Shown in pieces: positions 12,960-26,606 of a stretch of 64,000 bases of DNA. The notes under the pieces were generated by a model that did no database searches, was not told the origin of the DNA, and worked only from the letters and a program-made list of their open reading frames with translations. Each line of letters opens with the position of its first letter. The stretch's first letter is position 1. Origin of the DNA: the human T2T-CHM13v2.0 reference genome, Homo sapiens; assembly GCF_009914755.1 (NCBI RefSeq), contig NC_060927.1; one strand, 5' to 3'. The translations under genes were made by a program, and so were the position numbers.

Positions 12960-13760
12960 GGAATGGAATATAAAATTCTTCTACAGGCAAATAAGGATTC
13001 ATTAAATGCTCAGGCAAAGCTGAAACAAGCAGCTTTAATTAATCCTAACCATTTTAATGTGTCTAGACCGATGTCTACAGTTAAAAAACAGCAACGAAAA
13101 ATACACATTCAGAGAATCCACATATTATGTATAGAAAAGCTATATTTGTCTATTGTAACAGGATGCCTTACATTAAAGAAGCTTCTTACTCCATCAACAT
13201 TGCAAACGAGGCTTTCTTGCATTTATGAATAAGGAAGCCCATTTATTTTATCATTATTACTTTTATCACTAATAACAAGCTCTTTACACCTACACATGAG
13301 AATGACAATAGCAAAGGAAACAATCATTGGAAAAAATACTGACTATACATAATACCACCATTGTTACCATGCATTAAGTATAATTGCAATAAATTATGGT
13401 TGCCCTCAAAATCAAGCCTTTGTCCTGTTCCAGAAGGAAGACCAGATTTATCAAGTAGTTTCTCCTTTGCAGTGAGAAGCAGTCATTAGCAATTTGGTTA
13501 GACCATTTAAACTTATTTAATAATCAGAAATGTTAAAGTCCTTTGGAAATTTTCTAGTTAATAGAATTAACCTGCAGTGTAATTAGACAGTCTGAATTAA
13601 AGTCCTTTTACGATGATAATACCGGCAATAAAAATAGTCTCTGGGGATAAAGAAATTAGTATTCACTTTAGTGGTAAATTCGTTATTGGAACCACATTTA
13701 CTCTTTTGGTCTTTCATCCCTGAAGGATTCTACAATTGGATAGATTCACAGCTTTGCCCT
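12960..13760. promoter_or_regulatory. Candidate non-coding enhancer-like block
   Basis: No recognisable repeat; clustered SOX-type, E-box and homeobox motifs. Function is inferred only. Confidence 0.35.
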
Positions 13761-15059
13761 TTCTCATCAACTGTTTTATTTCAAGGAATATTGGCTTTTA
13801 TCATAATTTCCAAATCTGAACTTTAAAGGCAAAATGTTCTGCCTTGTTCTTGTCTTGCTTCTGTTGGGAAATGCAGAGATGATACAAACAAACACAATGC
13901 AATCTATCCAACTAGCTTGAAAATTGGCAAGGGCGCTGATAAGAAATCAATCAAATAATTGTAGCCAAATTCATGCTGGAGTTTCTAAAGATGAATTAAA
14001 TACCTGTGCCCAAACTTCATCTCTTCTAGGCAATCTTCCCAAACTAATTCTAAGAACAAGTGACTTTAGGATATCCAGTAATGTTTCAACATTACCATGT
14101 TTATGAGAAACTAAGAAGAAGGTGTATTCATTTACCTGTTACTAATGTTTACACACATACAATTGTAAATGCATATATTTTATGTTCTTTGTTCTAAATT
14201 TTCATTAATTTATAGGTTTCCTTATGCCCTCACTTCAAGACTTCTGTCTGCAGAGTATTGTACTCGCTGTACAGGTTGAGTACCATATCAGTGGATGACA
14301 CTGAATTTCCTTTACTTGTCATCACAGACAACAGAAGTCATACATTTTCTTCTTTGGAAGTCTTTCAAACTCATATTTCTGCATCTATTTGGCCAAAGAG
14401 ATCCCTGTGTGGATTACATTCATGAATTTATTTAATATAGTAACATAGACTATGAGTTGGGGTTTAAACTTTGAAGCTTACATTGTGTTACAAAATAGCG
14501 TTGTCATTATCAGGTAATCTGTGAACTCCTTTGTGTCTTCCTTGGTCACCAACGACATAAGCACACATGACTTGAAGGCATAGTAAATGAAAAGAAAAAC
14601 AAGCGCTACACATTTTCTAATGCTCCCTGAAGTGGAAGGTGCTAGTATCTGCTCTCTGCCTTAGGAATCTTCGTGAAAAAGTCAGATTTGATAACACCCT
14701 TGTCTGGATTTCTGAGTCTCTTTTTAAATAGAATTTCTCTTATTCCATTTTATGTTATGTCTAGACATATGTTATGTAATCCTACATAGTTATGTCAAGA
14801 TATGTTATGTAATACCACACAGTAATGTTGTTGTACCTATTTTGTACCTTCCTAATATCTATTTTGTCATTTGAGTCTCACAATCTTTTTTGTGAATCTC
14901 AAGTAAAATAAACCATATGAGATGCGGTAACTATAACTGGATGTACAATTGCAAGGTATCCCAACATGTATCAAATGTATATTGACTAAAGAAAGTTTAT
15001 TTCTCCTTATTCAAAAGCAGTTACATAAAAAGAAAGAAAATGCATTTTTGATTTTTGGA

Positions 15060-15230
15060 ATATGCTAGAAATTGTATATTATCTCATTTAATCCTCACAA
15101 GTTAATCAAGCATCCCCATTTCTCAATGAAGTAAATGAGGTTTCAAGACATTAGGTAACTTCTCAACTCTACAGCATAAATAGATGTACTTGTTTCACTC
15201 CTAGATCTTCTAAAATTAATAATTATGCTC
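15060..15230 (-). mobile_element. MIR
   Basis: TCTCATTTAATCCTCACAA...CCCCATTT...AATGAGGTT...AGGTAACTT. Confidence 0.7.
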
Positions 15231-15347
15231 TTTTTTTCTACTATTTGTTACCTATGTTTTAGAATTATTTTTAACTAAACTGATATATAGATTATGAAAA
15301 TCTTTACTTTTTACTATCAAGCACTATATAACATAAATTAGTTTCTC

Positions 15348-15655
15348 GGCCTGGCACAGTGGCCATGCTTGTAATCCCAGCACTTTGGAACACTTTGGGT
15401 GGCTGATGTGGGCGGATCACCTGAGGTCAGGAGTTCGAGACCAGCCTGGCCAACATGGCAAAACCCCGTCTGTACTAAAAATACAAAAATTAGCCCAGCA
15501 AGGTGGTGCACACCTGTAATCCCATGTACTTGGGAGGCTGAGGGAGGAGAATCACTTGAACCCGGGAGGCAGAGGTGTAGCAAGCCGAGATTGTGCCATT
15601 GCACTCTGGCCTGGGTGATAGAGTGAGACTCCCTCTCAAAAAAAAAAAAAAAAAA
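15348..15655 (+). mobile_element. AluSx/Sz
   Basis: GGATCACCTGAGGTCAGGAGTTCGAGACCAGCCTGGCCAAC, poly-A, TSD AAATTA(G/C)TTTCT. 10 bp duplication CACTTTGG.. at 15381. Confidence 0.95.
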
Positions 15656-16122
15656 TTACTTTCTTGAATTATGTTCTCTGCTTTAACTAGGGTACATGAG
15701 TTGGTATAAAATGGTGTAAGATTTTGCAATAAATCTCCAACCATATATTTCTTTAAGAATTATCTTTTTATATCATTTACATGGTACAATTGTAAAGATT
15801 CCTAGCCACCATCCATAGAAACATGTGTCCGGCATATAGATGAATGACTAAAATGTTATAATGATATAATAGTGTCTTTATTATTATGTCTACCATAGTA
15901 GACACATAGGAGGTACTCAATATGGGAACACTTCTTAAATAAGCAAATGAAGGAACTATGGGAAGAAAAGAAGACAGCAATGTATTGAGGGAAGTGCATT
16001 ATGTCTAGTAGCTGGATGATGTGGCTAGCAGTCTGGATCATTAATTGATTCTCTGGATGGCTCACAAAGATAATTATCATTTATCTCTTAAAATACAAAA
16101 CTTTAGCTGATATTAATACATA

Positions 16123-16666
16123 ATGGTATGGTCAACTAATTTTTGACAAATGCACCAAGAAAACACATTGGGGAAAGTAGAGTTTCTTCAATAAATAGTG
16201 CTGGAAAAATTCAATGTCTGCATGAAAAAGAATAAAATTGGACCCTTATCTTATACCATATACAAAAATCAACTCAAAATGGATAAAAGACCTAAATGTA
16301 AGGCCTGATACTGTACCATAAAACTCCCAGAAGAAAGCGTAGGGAAAAATCTCCTTGACATTTGCCTTGGTGAAGATTTTTGTATATTTTACCAAAAGCT
16401 CAGGCTGCAAAAGTGAAAATAAACACAACTAAAAGTTTTGTACAGCAAAGGACACAATTGATAAAATGAAAAGGCGTCCTATGGACTGGGAAAAATATTT
16501 GCAGAACACATATCTAATGTGAGATTAATATTCAAAATTTATAAAGAACCCTTATAACTCAACAGCAGTAAAACAAATAACAATAAAAATGGACAAGGGA
16601 CTTGAACAGATATTTTTCCAAGGAAGACATAAAAATAACCAGCAGGTATATGAAGAAGGGCTCAAT
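16123..16666 (+). mobile_element. L1M (MA/MB) ORF2 3' fragment
   Basis: GGTCAACTAATTTTTGACAA...AAAATCAACTCAAAATGGATAAAAGACCTAAATGTAAG. Confidence 0.9.
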
Positions 16667-16846
16667 GCCAAAAATTTGACCTATAATAAAATAACATTTA
16701 TTATAGCAGTTCAGAATACAAACAAAGGGATGGTTCCATTATGTTCTGTTTCTGTACAGTTATACTTCATTTGGTTCTAGGAAGACATCTACTTTAGTGA
16801 AAAAATAGAATCCATTCAGAATAATGCTCCTAGACTAAGGATATAT

Positions 16847-17052
16847 ATGGTTTCAATCAGGACTGTATCAAACCCAGAGGATGTTTAGAAATTCACGAGG
16901 GCTGCATTTTAGTTGTCACAATGAGCTGTAAATGCCTTTTGGAATCTAATAAGAGGAGCAAGAATGCTAAGAATTCAGCAATGCTTTGGAGAATTCCGCA
17001 TGATAAAAAACCTTCTCTCCCAGAATTTCAATAGCTTATCTTATGAGAAATA
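16847..17052 (+). mobile_element. MER20-like hAT-Charlie fossil
   Basis: TTTTAGTTGTCACAATG...GAATGCTAA...CCCAGAATTTCAATAG...TGAGAAA. Confidence 0.6.
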
Positions 17053-19299
17053 TGTATCAATATTAAAAGACAAACAAATAAAAGTATGATATTTTAGTTT
17101 ATGGGGAAAGACCTGTGAACATTTAATTTGGAAAAAACTTGTAACTGCTATCTCATATAGAGAATAATGGAGGCCTTCTGTGTAGAAGCAGATCTAAATG
17201 AAGGTAATAGAAAAAAATGCTGGGAGGGAAAAGGAAGAGCAGATTTTAATTCAATATATAAGGAAGATATCTTTAGGGTTCACAATTAGGGACAGAATAT
17301 GGAAAAGTAATTATTTCTAACTCATTGGCCTTCTTCTGAAGGTTAACGTTTTACTGAGGTTTATCTTTTCACTTGCTCAGTGCAATTTGGAAGAATTAGA
17401 CTTTGTCAAAAGAAGAGCCAAGATTTTCTAATTTTGAGAATCTCCATCATGTGGACCATGAAGTTCAGCTGTATTTAAAGAAGATCAACTCCTTATCTTT
17501 TATATTCCAAAGTTAGCTGCCAATAGCTCTTCTCGGCTTATAGAGAAAAGACAAATCCAACTCTAAAATTCTGATTCTATATGTGATTTTTTTTAAAGCA
17601 AAGTAATTCCTAATAAATATATTTGATTGATTGCTACTTAATAATTACTTGTGTCAAAGCATAGAGTTTTGATCGTCATGCTAGTTCTGTTCAGAATTCA
17701 ATGAAAAATAACCTCAACTCCATTAACAGGGCATTATGCCTTAAACATTCAGAAGCATTAGATAAAATTATACTATATAAAATTAGCTTTAAATAGAAGG
17801 TTTTTGTTTAGTTAAGCACTGGTGATCGACGATAATTATAGAAGAAATAAAAAAATGATAAGAAAGTTCTGCTGTACTTGAACAATGCATTGAGGCTCCA
17901 ATTAAGCAGAACTATTTCAGGTAGTTGTGGGACTTGTCTTAGACACTAATTTAATATAATCTGCCTGTGGGATCTAGTGGATATTTTAATCATCGGAATA
18001 ACAGAATATTTTGGAGAGCACTTTGTAGCATGATTTAATAAGGATTCCCTAAAAAAAGTCCAAATATATGATTTTTACTTTCTTCAATTTTTAGATAAAA
18101 ATTTGAGGCTGTATAAAATTAGTGTATGATTGGAAGATGATAAGAATAGGAGTGCAAGCTTTTTAATGGAGCAGGAGCTTTTAAAAATAGACCATAGTTT
18201 ATGCATTCAATAGAGTGCTAGCCTTCCAAAGCTATACCTTGATAAATTTGTTTTGGGCAAACTAATTCCCATTGTTCCAAAAATAAATGATGGGTACTTT
18301 TCTTTTGTAATCATCTTCAATCAATTTATAGGAAACATACTTTGCTTTGTTTCTTGGCCATTGCATTACTCATTTAATCAGTTTAAATATGTTACATTGC
18401 AGTTGTTTTTTAAATCCAAAGCTGCATTACCCAATCTTTAGTTCATTTAGTTAAATAATAATAACAATAATAAAAACCTCGCCTCTATATTATTTGAAAT
18501 CTTTCAAAAAATATAATCTCCTGAAAAAGATATTCATGTAATATCAAAAGCAATTTCCAAAGAAAGATTTTGAAACTTTTTGAGCAATACTATTGTGGTT
18601 TGATATATTATGTGAACTCTGGAGGTCATAATTTAAATGAAAAATATCATTTTGATTTTATACTTCATAAAAGATTTGCCAAATTCTTTTGCATTTCTTT
18701 ACATTCATTTTTCATTTTCCTATACTCTGTTTTGGGAAAACTACCAGCATATATGCTATTTAGAGCTGAGATACACTGGAGGACTCACAAAATATAGTTC
18801 TTACATTTTTAGAGTTTAAAAATAAAATTACCTAAAGAATAATTATTCTGTATTTTCCCCACCTCTGATTTACCTACTAAATGAAATGTCATTTGTTGAC
18901 CTGGTCTTTAGAAAGAAAAAGGGACCAATCATTCTACGTCTATCTAGTTTGGAGAAAATTGGTGATGGTAAATAAGAGAGATTCCCTGCTTTTCCACACG
19001 TGTCTTACTTAAGGAGGTCACCTCATTCTGGAAAGCCTGCCTCAGTCCATTAATACCTGTATGGAAAAAATAAAGGTAACTTCTTACATTGTCAGCTTAC
19101 ACTTAATCAGTGATAAAGAGGTTTAAATTCCACATGGCTTTCTTTTAGTCTAATCACTAATTCGTTCAAAACTTGGATAAAGAAATCGCTATTATTTATT
19201 GGATGCCTTCTGAAAGAGAAAGGACAATTTTTTTTGCTGTTCAGAACACAATCTTCATTTCTTCCTATGCTTTCAGGTCTTTTAGGTAAGTTTTCTAAA

Positions 19300-19495
19300 T
19301 ATCTGTAGGACAATATAACGACTACAGTTAATAATTTTGTACTATATACTTGAAAGGTGTTAAGAGAATAGATTCTAAATGTTCTCACCACAAAAAGGTA
19401 TGCAAAGTGCACGATATGTCAGTTCACTTGATTTAAGCATTCTACAATGTATAACAAAATATCACATTATACTACATAAATATATACAAAAAAAG
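19300..19495 (+). mobile_element. L1MA8/9-like 3' end
   Basis: ACTACAGTTAATAAT...AAATGTTCTCACCACAAAAA...ATAAATATATACAA. Confidence 0.8.
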
Positions 19496-19941
19496 AGACA
19501 GAAAACCAAACCAAATTGAAACAACAAAATAACAGGACTAACAGAAAAACATAAAACTGACAAATTACCAAAAGTCTAAAAATCTAAATGAAGCCTTCCT
19601 TTCACAAAAATCTGAAATCCATCCATTAAATTTCTTAATCCTAGTTTGGCTCAGGTAATTTGCTCATATTTTACCTATCTGTCAGAAGAAAATTAAATTC
19701 TCCCTACAATTTTTCATATACAATGTCAGCACTCAATATAAAATTAACCAACATCCAGGCAACCTGTCTAAATAACTGAAATCAAAAGGAAAAAAAAGTT
19801 AATATAAATGAACCTGCATATGACTTAATGATTTATGTTATCAGACACAGAATTAAAAAGTGTGATGATTATCATTGTAACATTTTAATTGAATTATAGT
19901 ACACAAATTCTGCATTTCCTAAATGTAATGATCAATGTACT

Positions 19942-22066
19942 TTTGTTTTTTAATTTTGACTTTTATTTTAGATACGGGGGTTACATGTACAGAATAGTTA
20001 CATGGGAACATTGAGTGATACTGGGGTTTGGAGTATGGATCCCATCACCCTGATAGAGCATAGTACCTGATAGGTAGTATTTTAACCACCCCTCTTCCTT
20101 CCTCTTCTGGTAGTCCACAGTATCTATCATTTCCTTAATTATGTCCATGTGTGCTCAATGTTTAGCTCCCACCATCCATGTGAACATGCGGTATTAGTTT
20201 TCCTGTTCCTGCATTAATTTGCTTAGTATGATGGCCTCCAGCTCCATCTACATTGTTGCAAAGGATGTGACTATTTTCTTTTTTTACGGCTGCATAGTAT
20301 TCCATGGTATATATGTACCAAATTTTCTTTATCCAATCTATCATTGATGGGCACCTGGGTTGAATCTATGTCTTTGGTATTGTGAATAGTGCAATGGTGA
20401 ACATGAGTGTATGTGTGATTTTGGTAGAATTACTTATTTTCATTTGGGTGTATATACCCAGTAATGGGATTTCTGGGTCAAATAGTAGCTTTGTTATAAG
20501 TTCATAAAATCTCCAGACTGCTTTCCACAGTGGCTAGACTAATTTACATTTCTACCAGCATTGTATAAGCATTCCGTTTTCTCCACAGCCTTGCCAGCAT
20601 CTGTTATATTCTGACTTTTTAATAGTAGTCATTCTGACTGGTGTGAGATCATATCTCATTGTGATTTTGATTTGTATTTCTCTGATGATCAGTGATGCTG
20701 ACTATTTTTTATATGCTTGGCTGCATGCATGTCTTCTTTTGAGAAGTGTCTGTTCATGTAATTTGCCCACGTTTTAACATGGTTATTTGTGTTTTGCTTG
20801 TTGATTTAAGTTTCCTATAGATTCTTGATATTGGCCTGTGTTGGATGCATAGTTTGTGAATATCTTCTCCCATTCTGTAGGTTGTCTGTTTACTATGTTG
20901 GCAATTTCTTTTTCTGTGAAAAATCTCTTTACTTTTATTAAGTCCCACTTGTCTATTTTTGTTTTAGTTGTAATTGCTTTTGGAAACTTAGCCAAAAATT
21001 ATTTTCTTAAGGCCTGTGTTGAGAAGAGTATTTCTTAGGTTGTCTTCTAGGATTTTTATAATTTGAGGTATTACATTTAAATTTTTAATGTCACTTTGAG
21101 CTAATATAGTGAAAGGTAGGGGTTCAACTTCAATCTTTGGCATATGGCTAGCCAGTTACTCCACCACCATTTATTGTATAGGGAGCTCTTTCCTAATTGC
21201 TTGTTTTGTTGGCCTTGTCAAAGATCAGATGGTTGCAGGTGGGCAGTTTTATTTCTGTGTTTTCTATTCCATTCCATTGGTCTATCTGTCTGTTTTGTAC
21301 CAGTACAATGCTATTTTTGTTATTGTGGCTTTATATTATAATTTGAAGTCAGTAGTATAATGTTTCCAGCTTTGTTCTTTTTGCTTAGAATTGCACTGGT
21401 TCTTTTTTTTTTCTATGAGAATTTTAGAATAGATTTTTTCTAATCTGTAAAAAATGTCATTGGGAGTTTTATAGGAATAGCATTGAATCTGTAAATACTG
21501 CTTTGGGCAGCATGACCATTTTTACAATATAGATTCTTCCAATCCAAGAACATGGAATATTTCACCATTTATTTGTGTCACCTCTGATTTCTTTTAGCAG
21601 TGTTTTGTAGGTCTCCTTATAGAGATCTTTTGCCTCTTTGGTTAGCTGTATTCCTAGATATTTCATTTTCTTTGTGGCTATTGTAAGTGTGATTGTGTTG
21701 TAAATTTCATGCTTAGCTTGGATGTTGGTGGTGGATAGAAATGCTACTGATATTTGTACATTGATTTTGTATCTTCAAACTTTACTAAAGTTGTCAATTC
21801 TAGAAGCTTTTTATCAGTCTTAAGGATTTTCTAGGTATATAATCATATCATCAGAGAAGACAGATAATTTGACTTCTCCTTTTTCTATTTGGATGCCTTT
21901 TATTTCTTTCTCTTGCCTGATTGCTCTGGCTAGGACTTCCAGTATGATGATAAATAGGTGTGGTGAGAGTGGGAATCTTTGTCTCATTCAGTTCTCAAGG
22001 GGAATGGTTTTAGCTTTTGCCCATTCAGTATGATGTTGCTGTGGGTTTGTCATAGACAGCTCTTAT
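19942..22066 (-). mobile_element. L1PA15/16-like, 5'-truncated (~2.1 kb)
   Basis: 3' UTR at 19942-20160. ORF2 C-terminal remnants (WIKKIWYIYTMEYYAA; [16 protein letters not shown]). Confidence 0.95.
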
Positions 22067-22351
22067 CCTTAAAACAATAGAAAAATGTATTTTCAAAAGT
22101 TTATATCTGTATATCTATCATACATATCAAAAAGTAGAATATAATCAACTTATTAAAAGCATCCATTGTGCCTATCCAAGTCCGGATTCACCGAAGTTGA
22201 CTATAATAGTGTCTATCACCAAAAAATTATGTTAGTTCATTTAGGGAAAAAACATATAAACAAATGACAAAATATATCTATGAAAATTGTTTATGAATTT
22301 GAGCAAAGTCTTTTTCCAAATAATCATTTGTACTTTTCATTTAATTTCATT

Positions 22352-22643
22352 GTTTATTTTATTTTATTTTATTATTATTTTTAAAAGTCTCACTCTCTTG
22401 CCCAGGCTGGGGTGCAGTGGTGCAGTCATAGCTTACTGCAGCCTCAAACTCCTGGGCTCAAGCAGTCCTCCTACCTCTGTCCCCTCAAGTAGCTGGGATT
22501 ACAGGCATGTGCCACCACACCTGGCTATTTTTTAATTTTTAATTTTATTTTTTTGTCTTGCTATGTTGCCCAAGCTTGTATCGAACGCCTAGCCTCAAGC
22601 AATCCTCCTGCCTCAGCTTCTAGGCATGAGGCACTGCATCCAA
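22352..22643 (-). mobile_element. AluJ
   Basis: CTCCTGGGCTCAAGCAGTCCTCC and GCCTCAAGCAATCCTCC diagnostics. Confidence 0.9.
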
Positions 22644-22644
22644 C

Positions 22645-23170
22645 TTCTCATTGTTAATTTTGTTTAAGTCCCAGGATTGTATACAGGGTGTCACATTAAA
22701 TCTAAATTTAGTTTGAGATCCTGTGTTTTCTAAATTCAATGTAAGATTCTGTTTATTCTGGAACAATTTTTCAGACGTTGTACTTTACGATGTCAATATT
22801 TTTTTTAAAAAATACAGGCCAGTTATTTTATAGAGCTGAACTAGATTTATTAGATGATTATATTTAGATTTTGCATCTTTCACTGGAACATTAGAGAAAG
22901 TAATACTTTGTCCTTCTCATTGTGTCATAGCAGAAGGCACAGGTTGTTGGTTTGTCCCATTATTAATGATGTTAAATTGATCACTTAGTTAAGGTCCTGT
23001 CTGCCAGGTTTCCTAACTAAAAAAAGTGTTACTAATTAGTAGGTCATTTATAGAGAAGTACTTTGACACTATGTAAATACTGTGTTCCTCATCAACTTTG
23101 TCCTACTAGTTTCAACATCCATTAGTGATGAGTGCCTGGATCAATTAATTACTACCACAGTGATTATAAC
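22645..23170 (-). mobile_element. L1MC/ME 3' UTR fragment
   Basis: TACAGGCCAGTTATTTT...TTGATCACTTAGTTAAGG...TACTTTGACACTATGTAAATA. Confidence 0.7.
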
Positions 23171-23519
23171 ATGTTCTATACTAAACTAATATAAAATAAA
23201 TTTTTACCTTAAACTCACCTTTTCATAATAAAAAATATAAAATAATTTCAAATTTTCTGAAGTAATCATCAAAGCAATCTACTATTTCAAAGGCATTTTC
23301 ATTCAATTTGTTTTAAAAGTATCAGATAAAAACAATCACATGAAATTGTGTGGTTTGGGCATAAGGATTAAAGGAGATAGTATCAAACTCTATGCATAAA
23401 AGAACAAATTTATAACATGGGAAGAGATATCTGTATAAATTACCAATCCTGTTTCTATACATTTAATTTTCATGGGCTTGTGGCACAACAATGTAGAAAT
23501 ATCAATGATATTCAGTGTA

Positions 23520-24127
23520 GGAGTTTGCTTTTTATTATTCATAACACTCTGGAAGCTTACAAAGATTTGGGGATCAGGAAAATGAATGTGGTTTTTGTCA
23601 GAGAGAGCATTTTTTTTTTTTTTTTGTAGAAGCAGAGAACACAGAAGAAATCCATGGGAAATACCAAATTTTAAAATAGCAGAACATGGAAAGAATTCAG
23701 AAATAGTCCCCAAAGTGATAGTAGGAGAATGAGAGAGTGGAGTCTGGGTATGTAATAGTGAAAAATGAAAGGCCTTGTTCCTGCTTTCATGGAGCTGTAA
23801 GAATGAGACAGGAGACTCACAAAAGTGTCTGATTTGATCTGGATTGGGGATGGTTGTCACAGATTTTAGGGAAAGGTAGCATCTATTCTGAGATGTAAAG
23901 GAAGAAAGGAATCTGAAGTACAGTGTTCCAGTTAGAGGGAACATCATATAGGAGACATTGCTAGGAGCATAGCTGGGTCAAGCCAATGGACTAGTCATTT
24001 TCCCATTGCACTGAGTCCCCATTTCACTGAACGTGAGCCAGAGTGTGATGTGAGTTGACACCAAAGAAGTAAGATACAAGAATAAGGAGAAACTTTGAAA
24101 GTCACTATTAAGAGTTTGTATTTTGCA
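23520..24127 (-). mobile_element. L2 fragments
   Basis: CCTGCTTTCATGGAGCT...GTGTTCCAGTTAGAGGGAACA...; purine-rich L2 antisense. Confidence 0.55.
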
Positions 24128-25373
24128 TTGCTGGAAGAAATCAGAGATGATACAGATAAATGCAAATACATCCCATACTCATGAATTGGAAGAATCAAGA
24201 TCACCTGATCTTTGACAAGGCCAACAAAAACACATACTAGGGAAAGGACTCCTTATTTGATAAATTGTGCTGAGGTAAATGGCTAGCCATATGCCAAAAA
24301 CTGAATCTGGACTTCTGCCTCTCACTATATACAAAAATTGTCTCAAAATGGATTAAATATTTAAATGTAAGGCCTCAAACTATAAAAATTCTGGAAGAAA
24401 ACCTAGGAAATACTCTTCTCAATGTCACACAGCAAAAGAAACTATGAATAAACAGACAACCTACTAGATGGGAGAAAATATTCACAAACTGTGGATCCAA
24501 CAAAGGTCTAATAACCAAAATATAGGCAACTTAAACAAATCAACAAGCAAAAAGCTAATAACCACATTAAAAGTGGTGAAATTACATGAACATATACTTC
24601 TCAACAGAAGACATACATGCAGCCAACAAGCATATGAAAAAATGGTCAGCATCATTAATTATCAGAGAAATGTAAATAAAAACCACAATGGGATACCAAC
24701 TCACAACAGTCAGAATGGCTGTTATTATAACGTCTAAAACAATAGATGCTGGTGAGGCTGCAGAGTAAAGTGACTACTTATACACTTTTGATTGCAATGA
24801 AATTTAGTTCAGTAACTGTGGAAAGCAGTCTTTAGAATTCTCAAAGAATTTAAAACAGAGCTATTTATTATTCAATGCAATAATCCCATTGCTAGGTATA
24901 TACACAGAGGAATATAGATAATTCTACCAAAAAGACATATGCACTCATTTGTTCATTATTGTATTATTCATGATAGCAAAGACATGGAATCGACCTAGCT
25001 GCTCATCAGTGATGAAACAGACAAAGAAAATGTTGGAATATTACACAGCCATAAAAAGAATGAAATAATGTCATTTGCAGCAGCCTGGATGGAATTGGAG
25101 GCCATAATACTAAGCAAATTAATGCAAGCACAGAAAACCAAATACCTACTGTTCTCATTTATAGGTGGGCGCTAAACATTGAGCATATATTGACATCGAT
25201 ATGGGAACAATAGATACTGTGGACTACTAAAGGGTGGAGTGAGAGAAGAAAGCATGGATTGAAAAACTGATTATTGTGTACTATGTTCACTACCTGGGTC
25301 CAGTATACCTATGTAACAATGCTACACATGTATCCTCTGTACCTAAAATAAAAGCTGAAGTTAAACAACAAAA
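24128..25373 (+). mobile_element. L1PA16/L1PB-like 3' fragment with several internal deletions
   Basis: GAAATCAGAGATGATACA...ACCTGATCTTTGACAAGG; 3' end CCTAAAATAAAAGCTGAAG. Confidence 0.93.
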
Positions 25374-25479
25374 AGTTTGTGTTTTGCCTATATGAAACAG
25401 GAAACTTATAACATAATTTACTTTAGGTAAGAACTTAATTGGCTCAAGAAAAGATATGCTGCATTTTAAGAACAAGCAG

Positions 25480-25665
25480 TTTAATGTTACAAGCAAGTAA
25501 GGTTCATATTCTAGAATTATCTGTTATTACCTGTGAGAACCTAAAGAGCCAACTTTCTCTTTGAAATATAAATGACAATACCTACCTCTTCAGGTTGCTG
25601 AGACATTTGAATAACATAGATTAGACTGTGTCTTCAACAGCAAATGAGGTACAGTCAATAGTTCT
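25480..25665 (+). mobile_element. MIR fragment
   Basis: AATACCTACCTCTTCAGGTTGCTGAGA... Confidence 0.5.
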
Positions 25666-25849
25666 TTTTTTACCTCCTTCACTTTAAAACATTATTCTTC
25701 ACTTTTTATTATGCATAACAATTTATCTTCATATTACATAAACTGTAAAACTCTTATCCAATTTGTAACACCTCTCTGGTGCTTTACACACATCATTTGT
25801 TTGTAACCCACTGCTATGGGAAGCTGAAGTTAAAAGGTAGACACTGTCA

Positions 25850-26210
25850 CTTCAGGCTCATCCCAGTCCAGCAAAGTCTCACCACAAGGATATATTGAGT
25901 ATATTTTTACTGTTTGCCAGCACCTTCTTTGAGGTTCTGGTAGCCAGTGATAAAGCGATAGAAGAACCCTCAAGAATAGGGGACATTCCATCCTTCAGAC
26001 AAACACTGTATTTTCTTCTCTGGAAATCCCAGTAGGACTCAAGTCCCCACTCCCCACAGCCTACAAGACTGGCTTCATTAATTTCATGCTGATACAACTT
26101 TATTTTTCTCTACATCATACTCTGTAGCTCTGCTTTCTGAGATCACCTCTCAAACAAACTACCTATTCCCACCTCGTCCTAAGCTCTAGTTTCAAGAACT
26201 CGAACTCAGT
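25850..26210 (+). mobile_element. ERVL LTR16/LTR33-like LTR
   Basis: 3' motif GAGATCACCTCTCAAACAAACTACCT...CTCTAGTTTC...AACT. Confidence 0.55.
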
Positions 26211-26606
26211 TTCTTTCCCATTCTATGCCCTAAGAACCCATTTCATTTCATTAATTGTTTAATTCTGTCACTTTAAATTGATGGATTTCTAATCTAATAT
26301 ATCATAATCTCCCCTGCTATATTATTCCTGTGAAATAGCATAATCCTCAAAACATTGAGCAAATCCAAAGCCTCTTTTCTTTTCACCTCACACAATTTTC
26401 TTATTTGGGGAACTAGATACTCTCTATTAAGCCATCAAGATCTGAAGGAGATTTTTGATATTTTGTTAAGTGTGCTAAAACATTAAGGTTTGCAAAAATA
26501 TAATGGTTGACATTTTTGAGAATACCTCAAATATTAATATGAATTTGAACTCTCCAATTTACTAATGTTTTAGATAATTTAGAAAGGTAATTGTGTCATA
26601 CAGAAT

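Noticed and set aside
12900-13232. 110 aa ORF next to the candidate enhancer
   Set aside because: It starts in an L2 tail, has no recognisable homology or splice context, and its length is compatible with chance.
23390-23947. 185 aa minus-strand ORF
   Set aside because: It overlaps decayed L2 sequence and a poly-T tract; no recognisable domain.
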